Source: a virus. Taken from it: a stretch of DNA of 64,000 nt. Position 1 is the stretch's first letter. Each line of letters starts with the position of its first letter. The DNA lies in IMG/VR virus record IMGVR_UViG_3300020403_002374, positions 1 to 64,000 of that record, one strand, 5' to 3'. This document shows, piece by piece, positions 1 to 7,656 of the stretch. The notes under the pieces were generated by a model. That model was given only the letters and a program-made list of their open reading frames with translations, had not been told where the DNA came from and made no database searches. A program made the translations under genes and the position numbers.

Positions 1-210
1 ACGGGAGCAAGCCAGTGACCGTAACAGCACGCGATTCTTAGCCGGACGGCCAAGTGGCATACATGGCATAAGATAGTGGTTAAAGTAGGAACATTGCCAT
101 AACTGGCTCTGAAATTTGTGGGTACTTAAATGGTAAGCCCACCCTTCCATTTTTTACATCTTCTTGGCTAACCGTTAGGTTAAAAGACGGAAATAAAAGC
201 TAAGAGCAAG
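1..210 (+). ncRNA. Probable 3' part of a structured non-coding RNA, truncated by the window edge
   Basis: No ORF. Nested complementary segments: AGCCAGT 10-16/ACTGGCT 102-108, ATGGCA 63-68/TGCCAT 95-100, GCC-GGAC-GGC 41-50, GTGGG...CCCAC 118-142, TCTTGGCT 162-169/AGCTAAGA 198-205. Followed directly by an intrinsic terminator. Confidence 0.5.
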
Positions 211-245
211 ACCCTGCCAAGCCGGATGCTTGGTGGGGTTTTTTT
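211..245 (+). terminator. Rho-independent terminator
   Basis: ACCCTGCCAAGC-CGGAT-GCTTGGTGGGGT hairpin followed by a T-run. Confidence 0.85.
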
Positions 246-265
246 CTAAAAATTCTAAAGACCAC

Positions 266-294
266 TTGACAAATAGCCGATACTATGCTATAAT
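266..294 (+). promoter_or_regulatory. Sigma70-type promoter
   Basis: TTGACA-17 bp-TATAAT with extended -10 TG; RBS AAGGAG precedes ATG 313. Confidence 0.9.
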
Positions 295-312
295 AAGGGA
301 AAGGAGAACACA

Positions 313-762
313 ATGGGTTTTGAAAATGCAGAATTAGTATTTAGTATAGCTAACGTGATAGCTTTTGGTCTTTCTTGTTTTTTTGCAATGATGTTTATAG
401 GCGGATATTTACTGGGGCCAGACCATGTGCCACCCCTAAAGATTGACGACAAGTTTGATTTAGGTTACATTAGAGATGACAAACCCTCGACACTTGAGAC
501 TTCATCTAACACCCAGTATTACGCAACCTTGGAATCCGTAGAAATTAAGGAGAAGAAGAAGAAGAATAAGAAGAAGAAACCGGTGCAGAAGCCTGCTATT
601 TCACCAGCACCCCCTAAGCCAATAGTGAACGAGTGTATTGAGGCCATGATTGCTTTAGGGGAAAAGAAATCTCAGGCAAGAGCTACGGTAAATAAGTATT
701 TTGTAAGTAACCCAAAAACTAAAACCGTAGACGAATTTATATCAGGAGTATTTAAGAAATGA
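313..762 (+). CDS. Membrane protein with Lys-rich linker and C-terminal RuvA-domain-III-like helical domain
   Basis: N-terminal hydrophobic helix; poly-Lys; C-terminal ECIEAMIALGEKKSQARATV resembles the RuvA C-terminal motif. Confidence 0.55.
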   Translation: MGFENAELVFSIANVIAFGLSCFFAMMFIGGYLLGPDHVPPLKIDDKFDLGYIRDDKPSTLETSSNTQYYATLESVEIKEKKKKNKKKKPVQKPAISPAPPKPIVNECIEAMIALGEKKSQARATVNKYFVSNPKTKTVDEFISGVFKK

Positions 763-1856
763 TAATTAATCTACAAGCACCAGTTAATCAGCTTGGATAT
801 GGAGTCGCAGGAATAAACATCCTCAAGGCATTACAAGCACAGGACGTAAAGGTTTCATTTTTTCCCATAGGTCAGCCTCAAGTCACCAATCAGGTAGACG
901 CAGATGCGGTTACAAGAGGAGTGGAAACCGCTAAGACATTTGACCCACAAGCACCCTGCATTAAAATCTGGCATCAGAACCAGATGGCAGAACGTATAGG
1001 GTCAGGCAGGTTCATTGGCTTTCCTATTTTTGAGTTGGATACCTTTAACGACCTAGAGAAACACCATCTAAACTCTTGCGATGATCTAATGGTTTGTTCA
1101 GAATGGGCCAAAAAGGTGTGTTTAGATAACTTATACAAAACTAAACCTGTTATGTATAAATCAGGAGGAAAATGCTTAGACGCTGAACAACAAGTTCATG
1201 TTGTACCTCTTGGTGTAGACGCAGAACTGTTCCCGCCAGCACCAGCGAGACAGGACGACAAGACGATCTTCTTCAACTGTGGCAAGTGGGAGATCCGTAA
1301 GGGTCACGATATTCTAATTAAAGCCCTCAAAAAGGTACTTGAACACGGAGAAAATGCAGAATTGTGGATGATGTGCAGTAATCCTTTTAACTCTAGCGAA
1401 GAAAACGCCCGCTGGCATCAACTATACAACCATCCAAAAGTACGTATTATTCCAAGGGCTGAGACACAGGCAGAAGTGTATAATATTATGTCCCAAGTAG
1501 ATTGTGGTGTATTCCCTTCTCGTGGAGAGGGCTGGAATCTCGAACTTTTAGAAATGATGTCTGCTGGAAAACATGTCGTAGCTACAAATTATTCTGCCCA
1601 CACTGAATTTTGCAACCAAGAAAACTGCGGCCTTGTGGAGATAAAAGATGTAGAACCAGCATTTGATGGTAAATGGTTCTTTAATCAGGGTAATTGGGCA
1701 AAGATTGATGCTCACGTAGAGTTTGATTTGTATATGAAGATGATGCGATTTATTCTAGACAAAAAGGGTACACTGAACCAATCAGGAATTGAAACTGCAC
1801 AGAAGTTTAGCTGGGACAATACTGCTGACAAGATACTTCAAACTTTAAGGGGGTAA
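759..1856 (+). CDS. Glycosyltransferase, GT4/GT-B fold
   Basis: GKWEIRKG and FPSRGEGWNLELLEMMSAG (E-x7-E) motifs. Confidence 0.9.
   Translation: MIINLQAPVNQLGYGVAGINILKALQAQDVKVSFFPIGQPQVTNQVDADAVTRGVETAKTFDPQAPCIKIWHQNQMAERIGSGRFIGFPIFELDTFNDLEKHHLNSCDDLMVCSEWAKKVCLDNLYKTKPVMYKSGGKCLDAEQQVHVVPLGVDAELFPPAPARQDDKTIFFNCGKWEIRKGHDILIKALKKVLEHGENAELWMMCSNPFNSSEENARWHQLYNHPKVRIIPRAETQAEVYNIMSQVDCGVFPSRGEGWNLELLEMMSAGKHVVATNYSAHTEFCNQENCGLVEIKDVEPAFDGKWFFNQGNWAKIDAHVEFDLYMKMMRFILDKKGTLNQSGIETAQKFSWDNTADKILQTLRG
1476..1485 (+). promoter_or_regulatory. Putative late-promoter motif GTGTATAATA, inside the GT gene
   Basis: Exact copy of the motif also at 3123, 22333 and 54126 (-). Confidence 0.4.
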
Positions 1857-1857
1857 C

Positions 1858-2193
1858 ATGTCCGATGAGAGAACAAATTTTGCATCAGTATCGTATAGTG
1901 TAGATCAAAGCGGAGAATTCTATATTGATGTTCAGATAGAGGACTATTCAAATGAGACCTTATCTAAATTATCACTTTTAGTTGCCTCAATTGGTACAGA
2001 TGCGTTTGATGCTCAAACTCTGGAAATACTCAGAGCAGCTTTTGAACAAGATGGTAAATCAACAGAGTTTACGTCATTTATGACACAACTTTTACTAAGA
2101 CAAACTATTTTATCACGCGGTAAAGATACACTGGAGTTTAACGAAGAAAGCAATAAGGACAAACCAATAATAAAACCAACAGACTTGCTTTAG
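1858..2193 (+). CDS. Hypothetical protein
   Basis: ORF with RBS, tightly packed with its neighbours. Confidence 0.75.
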   Translation: MSDERTNFASVSYSVDQSGEFYIDVQIEDYSNETLSKLSLLVASIGTDAFDAQTLEILRAAFEQDGKSTEFTSFMTQLLLRQTILSRGKDTLEFNEESNKDKPIIKPTDLL

Positions 2194-2202
2194 GAGATAC
2201 AT

Positions 2203-2667
2203 ATGAAATACACTAAAAAAATAGGCTGGCAAAAGTATGAAGATATGATTCAAAATCAATTACAGTCACCACTTATTGAAGCAATGTATCAAAGTCTATC
2301 TGGACAAAGTTCAGAAATTGATTTGGATGATCTCTCAGAAGATGAGCAAGAAATCCTTAATTCACTTAGAGAAAACGAGCAGGAAGACCCTTATGGTCAG
2401 TATGTCATACCAGTAGATCCAAAAATGATGGAACATATAAATCTATCAGCAAATTTTGACTGCTGGTTGGGGCATACAAATTTTAATATTACAAAAGACG
2501 TATTGGATACTCTAGAGAGCATGGAGGGCGTAGAAGTTCTTAAAGTATGTAGTCGATACAGGTTTTTTGTTGGTATAGGTAGAATGTTTGACTTCTCAGA
2601 GGTCAGGCAAAACATTGAGGACACTTTAACAACCTTTCAGGAGAAAGAAATTGAGCAAGAAAATTGA
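2203..2667 (+). CDS. Hypothetical phage protein
   Basis: RBS AGGAG; acidic middle section. Confidence 0.8.
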   Translation: MKYTKKIGWQKYEDMIQNQLQSPLIEAMYQSLSGQSSEIDLDDLSEDEQEILNSLRENEQEDPYGQYVIPVDPKMMEHINLSANFDCWLGHTNFNITKDVLDTLESMEGVEVLKVCSRYRFFVGIGRMFDFSEVRQNIEDTLTTFQEKEIEQEN

Positions 2668-3130
2668 AGATTATTTGAATGATTCAGATGTGCTTGGTAT
2701 TGCAAACTCAGCAGCATCTTCGTTCTTTGGATCACTATCTAAAGACGAGATAAAAAACTGTGTTCTAAATGCGATATGGAAAGCATCTAAGAAATATGAC
2801 AAAAGGCACAAGACTAAATTTAGCTCTTATGTACACAAGGGGGTGGTATTAGAGTGCTTGAACCAAAGAAGATTTAATAAAAATAAGAATCAACTTGGTA
2901 ACTCGTCATATTACAGTATTCCAGACCCCAAAAACTGTTTTGAGCAAACTGATATGAAAGATTTGATTGATTCAGTTTGCGAAGATCCCTCACTGATTTA
3001 CGATAAATACTATAAAAATATGACTATAAAAGAAATGTCGGAAGATAGGGGTCTTTGTGGGGAAACGATTAGAATAAGATTGAAAAAAAATCTTGAAAAA
3101 GTAAAAAATGCGATCAAGAAAAGTGTATAA
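2651..3130 (+). CDS. Phage RNA polymerase sigma factor (sigma70 regions 2 and 4)
   Basis: AIWKASKKYDKRHKTKFSSY (region 2) and MTIKEMSEDRGLCGETIRIR (region 4 HTH); TTG start. Confidence 0.8.
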   Translation: MSKKIEDYLNDSDVLGIANSAASSFFGSLSKDEIKNCVLNAIWKASKKYDKRHKTKFSSYVHKGVVLECLNQRRFNKNKNQLGNSSYYSIPDPKNCFEQTDMKDLIDSVCEDPSLIYDKYYKNMTIKEMSEDRGLCGETIRIRLKKNLEKVKNAIKKSV

Positions 3131-3132
3131 TA
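3123..3132 (+). promoter_or_regulatory. Putative late promoter GTGTATAATA
   Basis: Overlaps the sigma stop codon; no -35 at 17 bp; lies upstream of a probable virion gene. Confidence 0.65.
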
Positions 3133-3205
3133 GTGTGGACTTGGACCTACAGTTAGGAATTTAGGAATCTAATTATTTTTTATTATTTTTATTAGGAGAT
3201 TTACT

Positions 3206-3871
3206 ATGCCTACTGTACGTCCTTCCGGTGCTGGCGATGAAGCTGTTGGCCTCGGAGAAGTTCGAGACGGTGGAACTGTCCTTCGTGGCGGTTCAAATTC
3301 CGCTGGTGTCATGACTAAGAACCTTAGCTTGGCCGACATCGCTGACGATCAAGGCCAGAGCTTTGGTTCAAAAGTTATTGCTAATCACGGAGATGGTGCT
3401 GCTACCACCGATATGGCTGGTGTGATTAAAGCTCAAGGTGGTGTTTCTCAGTCTGGTACTGCTGGAACTACGGTTCTTGGGTATCAATCTGATGGAACTG
3501 AATGGATTTTTAAAGGCGGTAATGTTACCACTACAATTGCTGGCGTTGCAAATACCACGCTGATTGGTGGTGCTGCTGGTCCTGATCCGGTTCGTGATAA
3601 CGTTGCTCAACTTGAGACATATCGCGATCATGGTTCTCTTGATCTTGATGTAGCCGCTGCTCCTTCTACCACCTTTAATCCAGCGAGAACAATCACTGGT
3701 GGTGGTGCGTTGAAAAATTACATCAACCCTGCGGTTGCTGGTGGTTCAACAAGCTCTGCCGATTCTGCTGCCAATACGACTCGCGGAATCCCCGGAGAGT
3801 TTGTCTACAGAGACGGTTCTGCAAATCCAATTCAAGACGACTTCAAATCTAAAGAAGCCGCTGAAGGGTGA
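3206..3871 (+). CDS. Gly/Ala/Thr-rich probable virion protein
   Basis: Composition, strong GCT/GGT codon bias, strong RBS, own promoter motif and terminator. Confidence 0.6.
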   Translation: MPTVRPSGAGDEAVGLGEVRDGGTVLRGGSNSAGVMTKNLSLADIADDQGQSFGSKVIANHGDGAATTDMAGVIKAQGGVSQSGTAGTTVLGYQSDGTEWIFKGGNVTTTIAGVANTTLIGGAAGPDPVRDNVAQLETYRDHGSLDLDVAAAPSTTFNPARTITGGGALKNYINPAVAGGSTSSADSAANTTRGIPGEFVYRDGSANPIQDDFKSKEAAEG

Positions 3872-3890
3872 TTTCCTAGATAGCATTATA

Positions 3891-3924
3891 CTTAGCCCCC
3901 AAATGCGGGGGCTAGGTTTTTTTT
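3891..3924 (+). terminator. Rho-independent terminator
   Basis: CTTAGCCCCC-AAATGC-GGGGGCTAGG followed by T8. Confidence 0.85.
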
Positions 3925-3935
3925 AGGAGATCGAA

Positions 3936-4511
3936 ATGATTACACCTGAATTTGCAGGAGCAGTAGCCACGCTAGTCGGGGCTGGAATAGCAATATTAGC
4001 ATTTGTGTGGAGAATATTTAAAGTAACTGGTGTCTTTTTAAAAGACCACGAAGAAATAAAGGTCTCCATCGAGACTATTAGAGCAGAGGTTACACCTAAT
4101 AGTGGAAAGTCATTGAAAGATACTGTAAATTCATTGAAAAAAACTTGTGATAGAATAGAAACTAGACAGAAGGTATTGGACCAAAGATCAAAGGCTGCAC
4201 TCCATTATTCAGATAGACCCCTATTTGAAACTGATGTGAACGGTAGATTGACTTGGTGTAATGCATCCTTCCAAGAATTAACCAAAGACAACGGTAGTTG
4301 TAAAGAAGGATTCGATTGGCTAACGGTTATTGACGATGATCGAAGAGAAGATTTCCTAAAAGAATTTAACTCTTGTCTAAAGATGTGTCGTAAAATAGAT
4401 ATTGAAACCGTTTCGGTACATGGACGAATTATACATTTTGTAGGATACCCGTACACAGTTGATACGGATGTCCATGAAGGTTTTTTAATTCATCTTTATA
4501 AAGGAGAATGA
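3936..4511 (+). CDS. Single-TM, coiled-coil, PAS-domain protein (possible holin or lysis regulator)
   Basis: N-terminal TM; PAS-like LFETDVNGRLTWCNASFQELT...GFDWLTVIDDDRREDF. Confidence 0.7.
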   Translation: MITPEFAGAVATLVGAGIAILAFVWRIFKVTGVFLKDHEEIKVSIETIRAEVTPNSGKSLKDTVNSLKKTCDRIETRQKVLDQRSKAALHYSDRPLFETDVNGRLTWCNASFQELTKDNGSCKEGFDWLTVIDDDRREDFLKEFNSCLKMCRKIDIETVSVHGRIIHFVGYPYTVDTDVHEGFLIHLYKGE

Positions 4512-4732
4512 ATATGGGCGAAGGTTCAAAAAGATTTAAACTTAATTGGGGAGACCTTACTGGGGTCGTTAAAAACGCTTTACTTGTCGGTGGTGCTGCT
4601 GCACTCACTGTTGTTGCAGAGAATTTGGAGGTTATCGACATTGGGTTGTATACCCCTTTGTTCGTGCCGATCATCGCTGTGGGTCTTGACACAGCAATTA
4701 AATGGATGAAAGACGCTTCAAAAGAGGATTAA
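4508..4732 (+). CDS. Small 2-TM holin-like protein
   Basis: 74 aa, two hydrophobic segments, charged termini. Confidence 0.55.
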   Translation: MNMGEGSKRFKLNWGDLTGVVKNALLVGGAAALTVVAENLEVIDIGLYTPLFVPIIAVGLDTAIKWMKDASKED

Positions 4733-4745
4733 CTAGGAGTTTGCG

Positions 4746-5669
4746 ATGGACTTTAATACACCACGCGATTTGCTAAATGCGTATCGCAATGGTTTTGAGG
4801 GTAGCATATGCGATCAAGAAGAGACCGCAGAGTTACTCGCTAAATTAGAGACTCCACTCTTTGGCGTTGCTGCACACACACTCTCTGGTGCAGGGGAAGG
4901 TAAACTTTCTCTGCCCTTTCTTTCTTTGCTAAAATACGACAAGGGTTTTGGCCCAGCAGAAAAGCAAACAACCGGAGACTGTGTATCGCACTCAACTAGA
5001 AACGCTATTGATGTGACAAGAGCAGTAGAAATCGACATAAAGGGTGAGTCAGAAGAATTCGTTAATCGTAGTGCAACCGAAGCAATCTATCAATCCAGAG
5101 GCCACAAGGGTCAGGGTATGACCTGTTCGGGTGCAGCCAAGTATGTCCACCAGAAAGGTGGGATTCTTTTAAGAAAAAATTATGGTTCAGTAGACCTATC
5201 TAAATATAATTCTTCTCTTGGTGCTAGACATAGAATTCCTAAGAGTATTTATATTGATGAAGCTAATAAGCATCAGGTTAAAACCATATCAATGATTACA
5301 ACTATAGAAGAAGCTAGAGATGCTTTAGCCAATGGTTACGGCATATCTGTGTGTTCTGGTTATGGTTTTTCAAGCCGCAGAGACTCAAACGGTATCGCTA
5401 AAAGAGGTAGCGGCTGGAGTCATGCTATGGCTTGGATTGCTTGCGATGACACTAAAAAGCGTTATAGAGAAACATTATTCTTAGTTCAAAATAGTTGGGG
5501 TAAATGGAATAGTGGGCCGAAAGTTCATGGTCAACCGGAAGGTAGTTTTTGGATTAGAGAAAGAGATGCTAGAGGTATGTTGGCATCAAATGGCTCTTGG
5601 GTATTCAGCGATGTAGACGGTTTTCCAGCGAGAAAGCTGCCTAATTATAATTTTAAAAAGTTTCTTTAG
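4746..5669 (+). CDS. Papain-family (C1A-like) cysteine protease
   Basis: QTTGDCVSH (oxyanion Gln, catalytic Cys), WSHAM (His), QNSWG (Asn); no signal peptide. Confidence 0.85.
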   Translation: MDFNTPRDLLNAYRNGFEGSICDQEETAELLAKLETPLFGVAAHTLSGAGEGKLSLPFLSLLKYDKGFGPAEKQTTGDCVSHSTRNAIDVTRAVEIDIKGESEEFVNRSATEAIYQSRGHKGQGMTCSGAAKYVHQKGGILLRKNYGSVDLSKYNSSLGARHRIPKSIYIDEANKHQVKTISMITTIEEARDALANGYGISVCSGYGFSSRRDSNGIAKRGSGWSHAMAWIACDDTKKRYRETLFLVQNSWGKWNSGPKVHGQPEGSFWIRERDARGMLASNGSWVFSDVDGFPARKLPNYNFKKFL

Positions 5670-5678
5670 GGTAATGAT

Positions 5679-6263
5679 ATGTACAAGTATTTAGTATTAT
5701 TTTGTCTGCTGCTCTCTGGTTGTATGCCATCACCAAGTGTGCATGTAGAAAGTCATCCAGACTATAGAGCATTTATTTCTACGAGAATAGCCTTAGCATC
5801 AATGGTTAATCCTGTAGTCCCAGACGATGAAGAAAATGAAGAACTTTGCGATGGCTCTGGTTGGATTGTTCAAGGTGATGGTCACAGAACCGAATGTCCG
5901 GGCTGTAAAGCCTGCGAAAAGTCAGCTTATCTACAAGAAGATGAATATTATGTGTACCATTTCGGTGCAAAGTGGTGTGCCCCCTGCGAAAAGTTAAAGA
6001 AAGAGACTTGGGAAAATAAAGATGTTAAGCAATTTTTTAAGAATAAGAACATAGAACTCATCTTGTTAGATGTAGACAATCCAAAACACAGTGAGTTTTT
6101 TAAGTATTACAAAGTTGAAAAATATCCAACCGTGATACTTTTAGATAAAGATAAGTTGTCAAATGTAATGTACAGATCTATTGGTTTTAAAGATAGTGAT
6201 ACTATGATTAAATCTATAGATGAAAATATTCCCGTATCCGTTTTGGAAGACGACAATGAATGA
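5679..6263 (+). CDS. Thioredoxin-fold lipoprotein with Zn-binding insert
   Basis: Lipobox LLLSG|C15; CDGSGW...CPGCKAC; WCAPC redox motif; cis-Pro motif YPT. Confidence 0.85.
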   Translation: MYKYLVLFCLLLSGCMPSPSVHVESHPDYRAFISTRIALASMVNPVVPDDEENEELCDGSGWIVQGDGHRTECPGCKACEKSAYLQEDEYYVYHFGAKWCAPCEKLKKETWENKDVKQFFKNKNIELILLDVDNPKHSEFFKYYKVEKYPTVILLDKDKLSNVMYRSIGFKDSDTMIKSIDENIPVSVLEDDNE

Positions 6264-6588
6264 TCTAGAAAAAGTAGCAAATAGAATATCTTCTCACATA
6301 TCAGCAAAAGATCAAAACTTTGGAATTGACCCCGCAACTGTAACACTGATTATAAGTATTATTATAAATCTTGTTAGATTGTGGTGGAATTGTAGAAGTG
6401 CTGAAAAAATTCAAGGGGAACTTCGCAACCCGTCTTGGTTGTTTAAGTTGTTTTTGAAGAGAGAGATAAGAAAAAAAGTAAAGTCCGGTAATCGTAGAAA
6501 GACGATGTACGGTGCTTTCATAGATGTTGGTAAAAATTTATCGGAAAAAGAATTAAATAATATTTTAAGAGAAATCGGAGGAAACTAA
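6256..6588 (+). CDS. Small membrane protein
   Basis: TM segment ATVTLIISIIINLVRLWW; ATG at 6256 overlaps the upstream gene end. Confidence 0.7.
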   Translation: MNDLEKVANRISSHISAKDQNFGIDPATVTLIISIIINLVRLWWNCRSAEKIQGELRNPSWLFKLFLKREIRKKVKSGNRRKTMYGAFIDVGKNLSEKELNNILREIGGN

Positions 6589-6875
6589 TGACTATGTTTC
6601 AGTGGGTAATGATTGGTTTGGCGGGTATCCTTGTTGCACCGATCTTTTGGGAAAAGGCTAAGGGTTTTATTCCACAAAGTAAACAACCTGAACCTGTACC
6701 AGAACCACCAGAACAAGACACGGAAGATACTTGCGATGGGTTGGTTGATGTTGTTGAGTGTTGGGATCATCTTTTACAGTGTTGTGAATCGCAAGATATG
6801 CATGATGCTTCAAGAGAATTAAGAAAGATCTTTCCCCTTTTCGTAATTTCTACCCCAAAGGAGGAGGAAGTATGA
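6588..6875 (+). CDS. Small N-terminally anchored membrane protein
   Basis: N-terminal TM, Pro/Glu linker, Cys-containing helical C-terminus; RBS GGAGG. Confidence 0.75.
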   Translation: MTMFQWVMIGLAGILVAPIFWEKAKGFIPQSKQPEPVPEPPEQDTEDTCDGLVDVVECWDHLLQCCESQDMHDASRELRKIFPLFVISTPKEEEV

Positions 6876-7339
6876 GCAACAATTTAAGAATTGGACTAGC
6901 GTTTATTCTAGTTGTCGTAGGATTATTTGGTGAGTCAACAATTGGTTGGTTTAAAGATAATGTAGAAGTTGTTAATGAACCGGAAGTAAAAATTACTGAA
7001 CCTTCATTAGAAAATAAAGAGTTAGTAAGACCAATTAGTGAAATAGATTTCTCTAAAGAAGATGCCAAATTAGTTTCTTGTTATTTTTTAGAAGTAGCAG
7101 ATGTGGTTGAAGATGATTCACAAGTAATTAAAACAACTGAAACATTTTCTAACTTTAATCTTATGTCTGGGCTTTTACATTTTAATACAAAGTTTGCAGG
7201 TAAATACGATGGTCTTGGAGATGCCGTAGAAAGTGCTGTTCAAAACACTATAGGTTTAGATAATCAAGCCTTGACACCTGACAAAAGAAAAGATTTGGTA
7301 GAAATCTTAGAAGCAATCGCTTGGAGTGCCAATCAATGA
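6872..7339 (+). CDS. Signal-anchor or exported protein
   Basis: N-terminal hydrophobic helix; RBS GGAGG. Confidence 0.75.
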   Translation: MSNNLRIGLAFILVVVGLFGESTIGWFKDNVEVVNEPEVKITEPSLENKELVRPISEIDFSKEDAKLVSCYFLEVADVVEDDSQVIKTTETFSNFNLMSGLLHFNTKFAGKYDGLGDAVESAVQNTIGLDNQALTPDKRKDLVEILEAIAWSANQ

Positions 7340-7515
7340 GTTTAATTGATGGTATCCTAGAAAGCGTTCTCAAAAAATATGGTATTGAAAAAACCGATAT
7401 TGACAAAGCAAAAAGAGTCATGGATAAAATAAAATTCACCAAACGTAACGGTGAAAATTATCTAATCATTGACATTGGTGATGGAGTAGAATTAAGCATA
7501 AAACAAAAAGACTAA
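7336..7515 (+). CDS. Small hypothetical protein
   Basis: ATGA overlap with the upstream stop. Confidence 0.65.
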   Translation: MSLIDGILESVLKKYGIEKTDIDKAKRVMDKIKFTKRNGENYLIIDIGDGVELSIKQKD

Positions 7516-7518
7516 ACC

Positions 7519-7561
7519 AAACCCACAGTATCTCTTGACTGCTGATATTGTGGGTTTTTTT
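7519..7561 (+). terminator. Rho-independent terminator
   Basis: AAACCCACAGTATC...GATATTGTGGGTTT hairpin followed by a T-run. Confidence 0.8.
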
Positions 7562-7572
7562 ATATTTACCGC

Positions 7573-7601
7573 TTGACAATTTCGGTTTCGTAGACTATAA
7601 T
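7573..7601 (+). promoter_or_regulatory. Sigma70-type promoter, GACTATAATA class
   Basis: TTGACA-17-TATAAT upstream of nrdA. Confidence 0.9.
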
Positions 7602-7656
7602 AGAGTGAACTACCCAAAGAAATCGACAACTTTTGTATAATACAAGGAATAACTAG

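Noticed and set aside
100-155. tRNA or tmRNA 3' end (…CTTCCA)
   Set aside because: No T-arm GTTCRA motif or acceptor stem; no tRNA was recognised anywhere in the window.
159-210. preQ1-I or SAM-II riboswitch (stem, A-rich tail, GCTAA)
   Set aside because: The loop lacks the ligand-binding cytidines and the conserved core, and the next gene has its own promoter downstream of the terminator.
548-580. AAG microsatellite
   Set aside because: It simply encodes the poly-Lys tract of the 313-762 protein.
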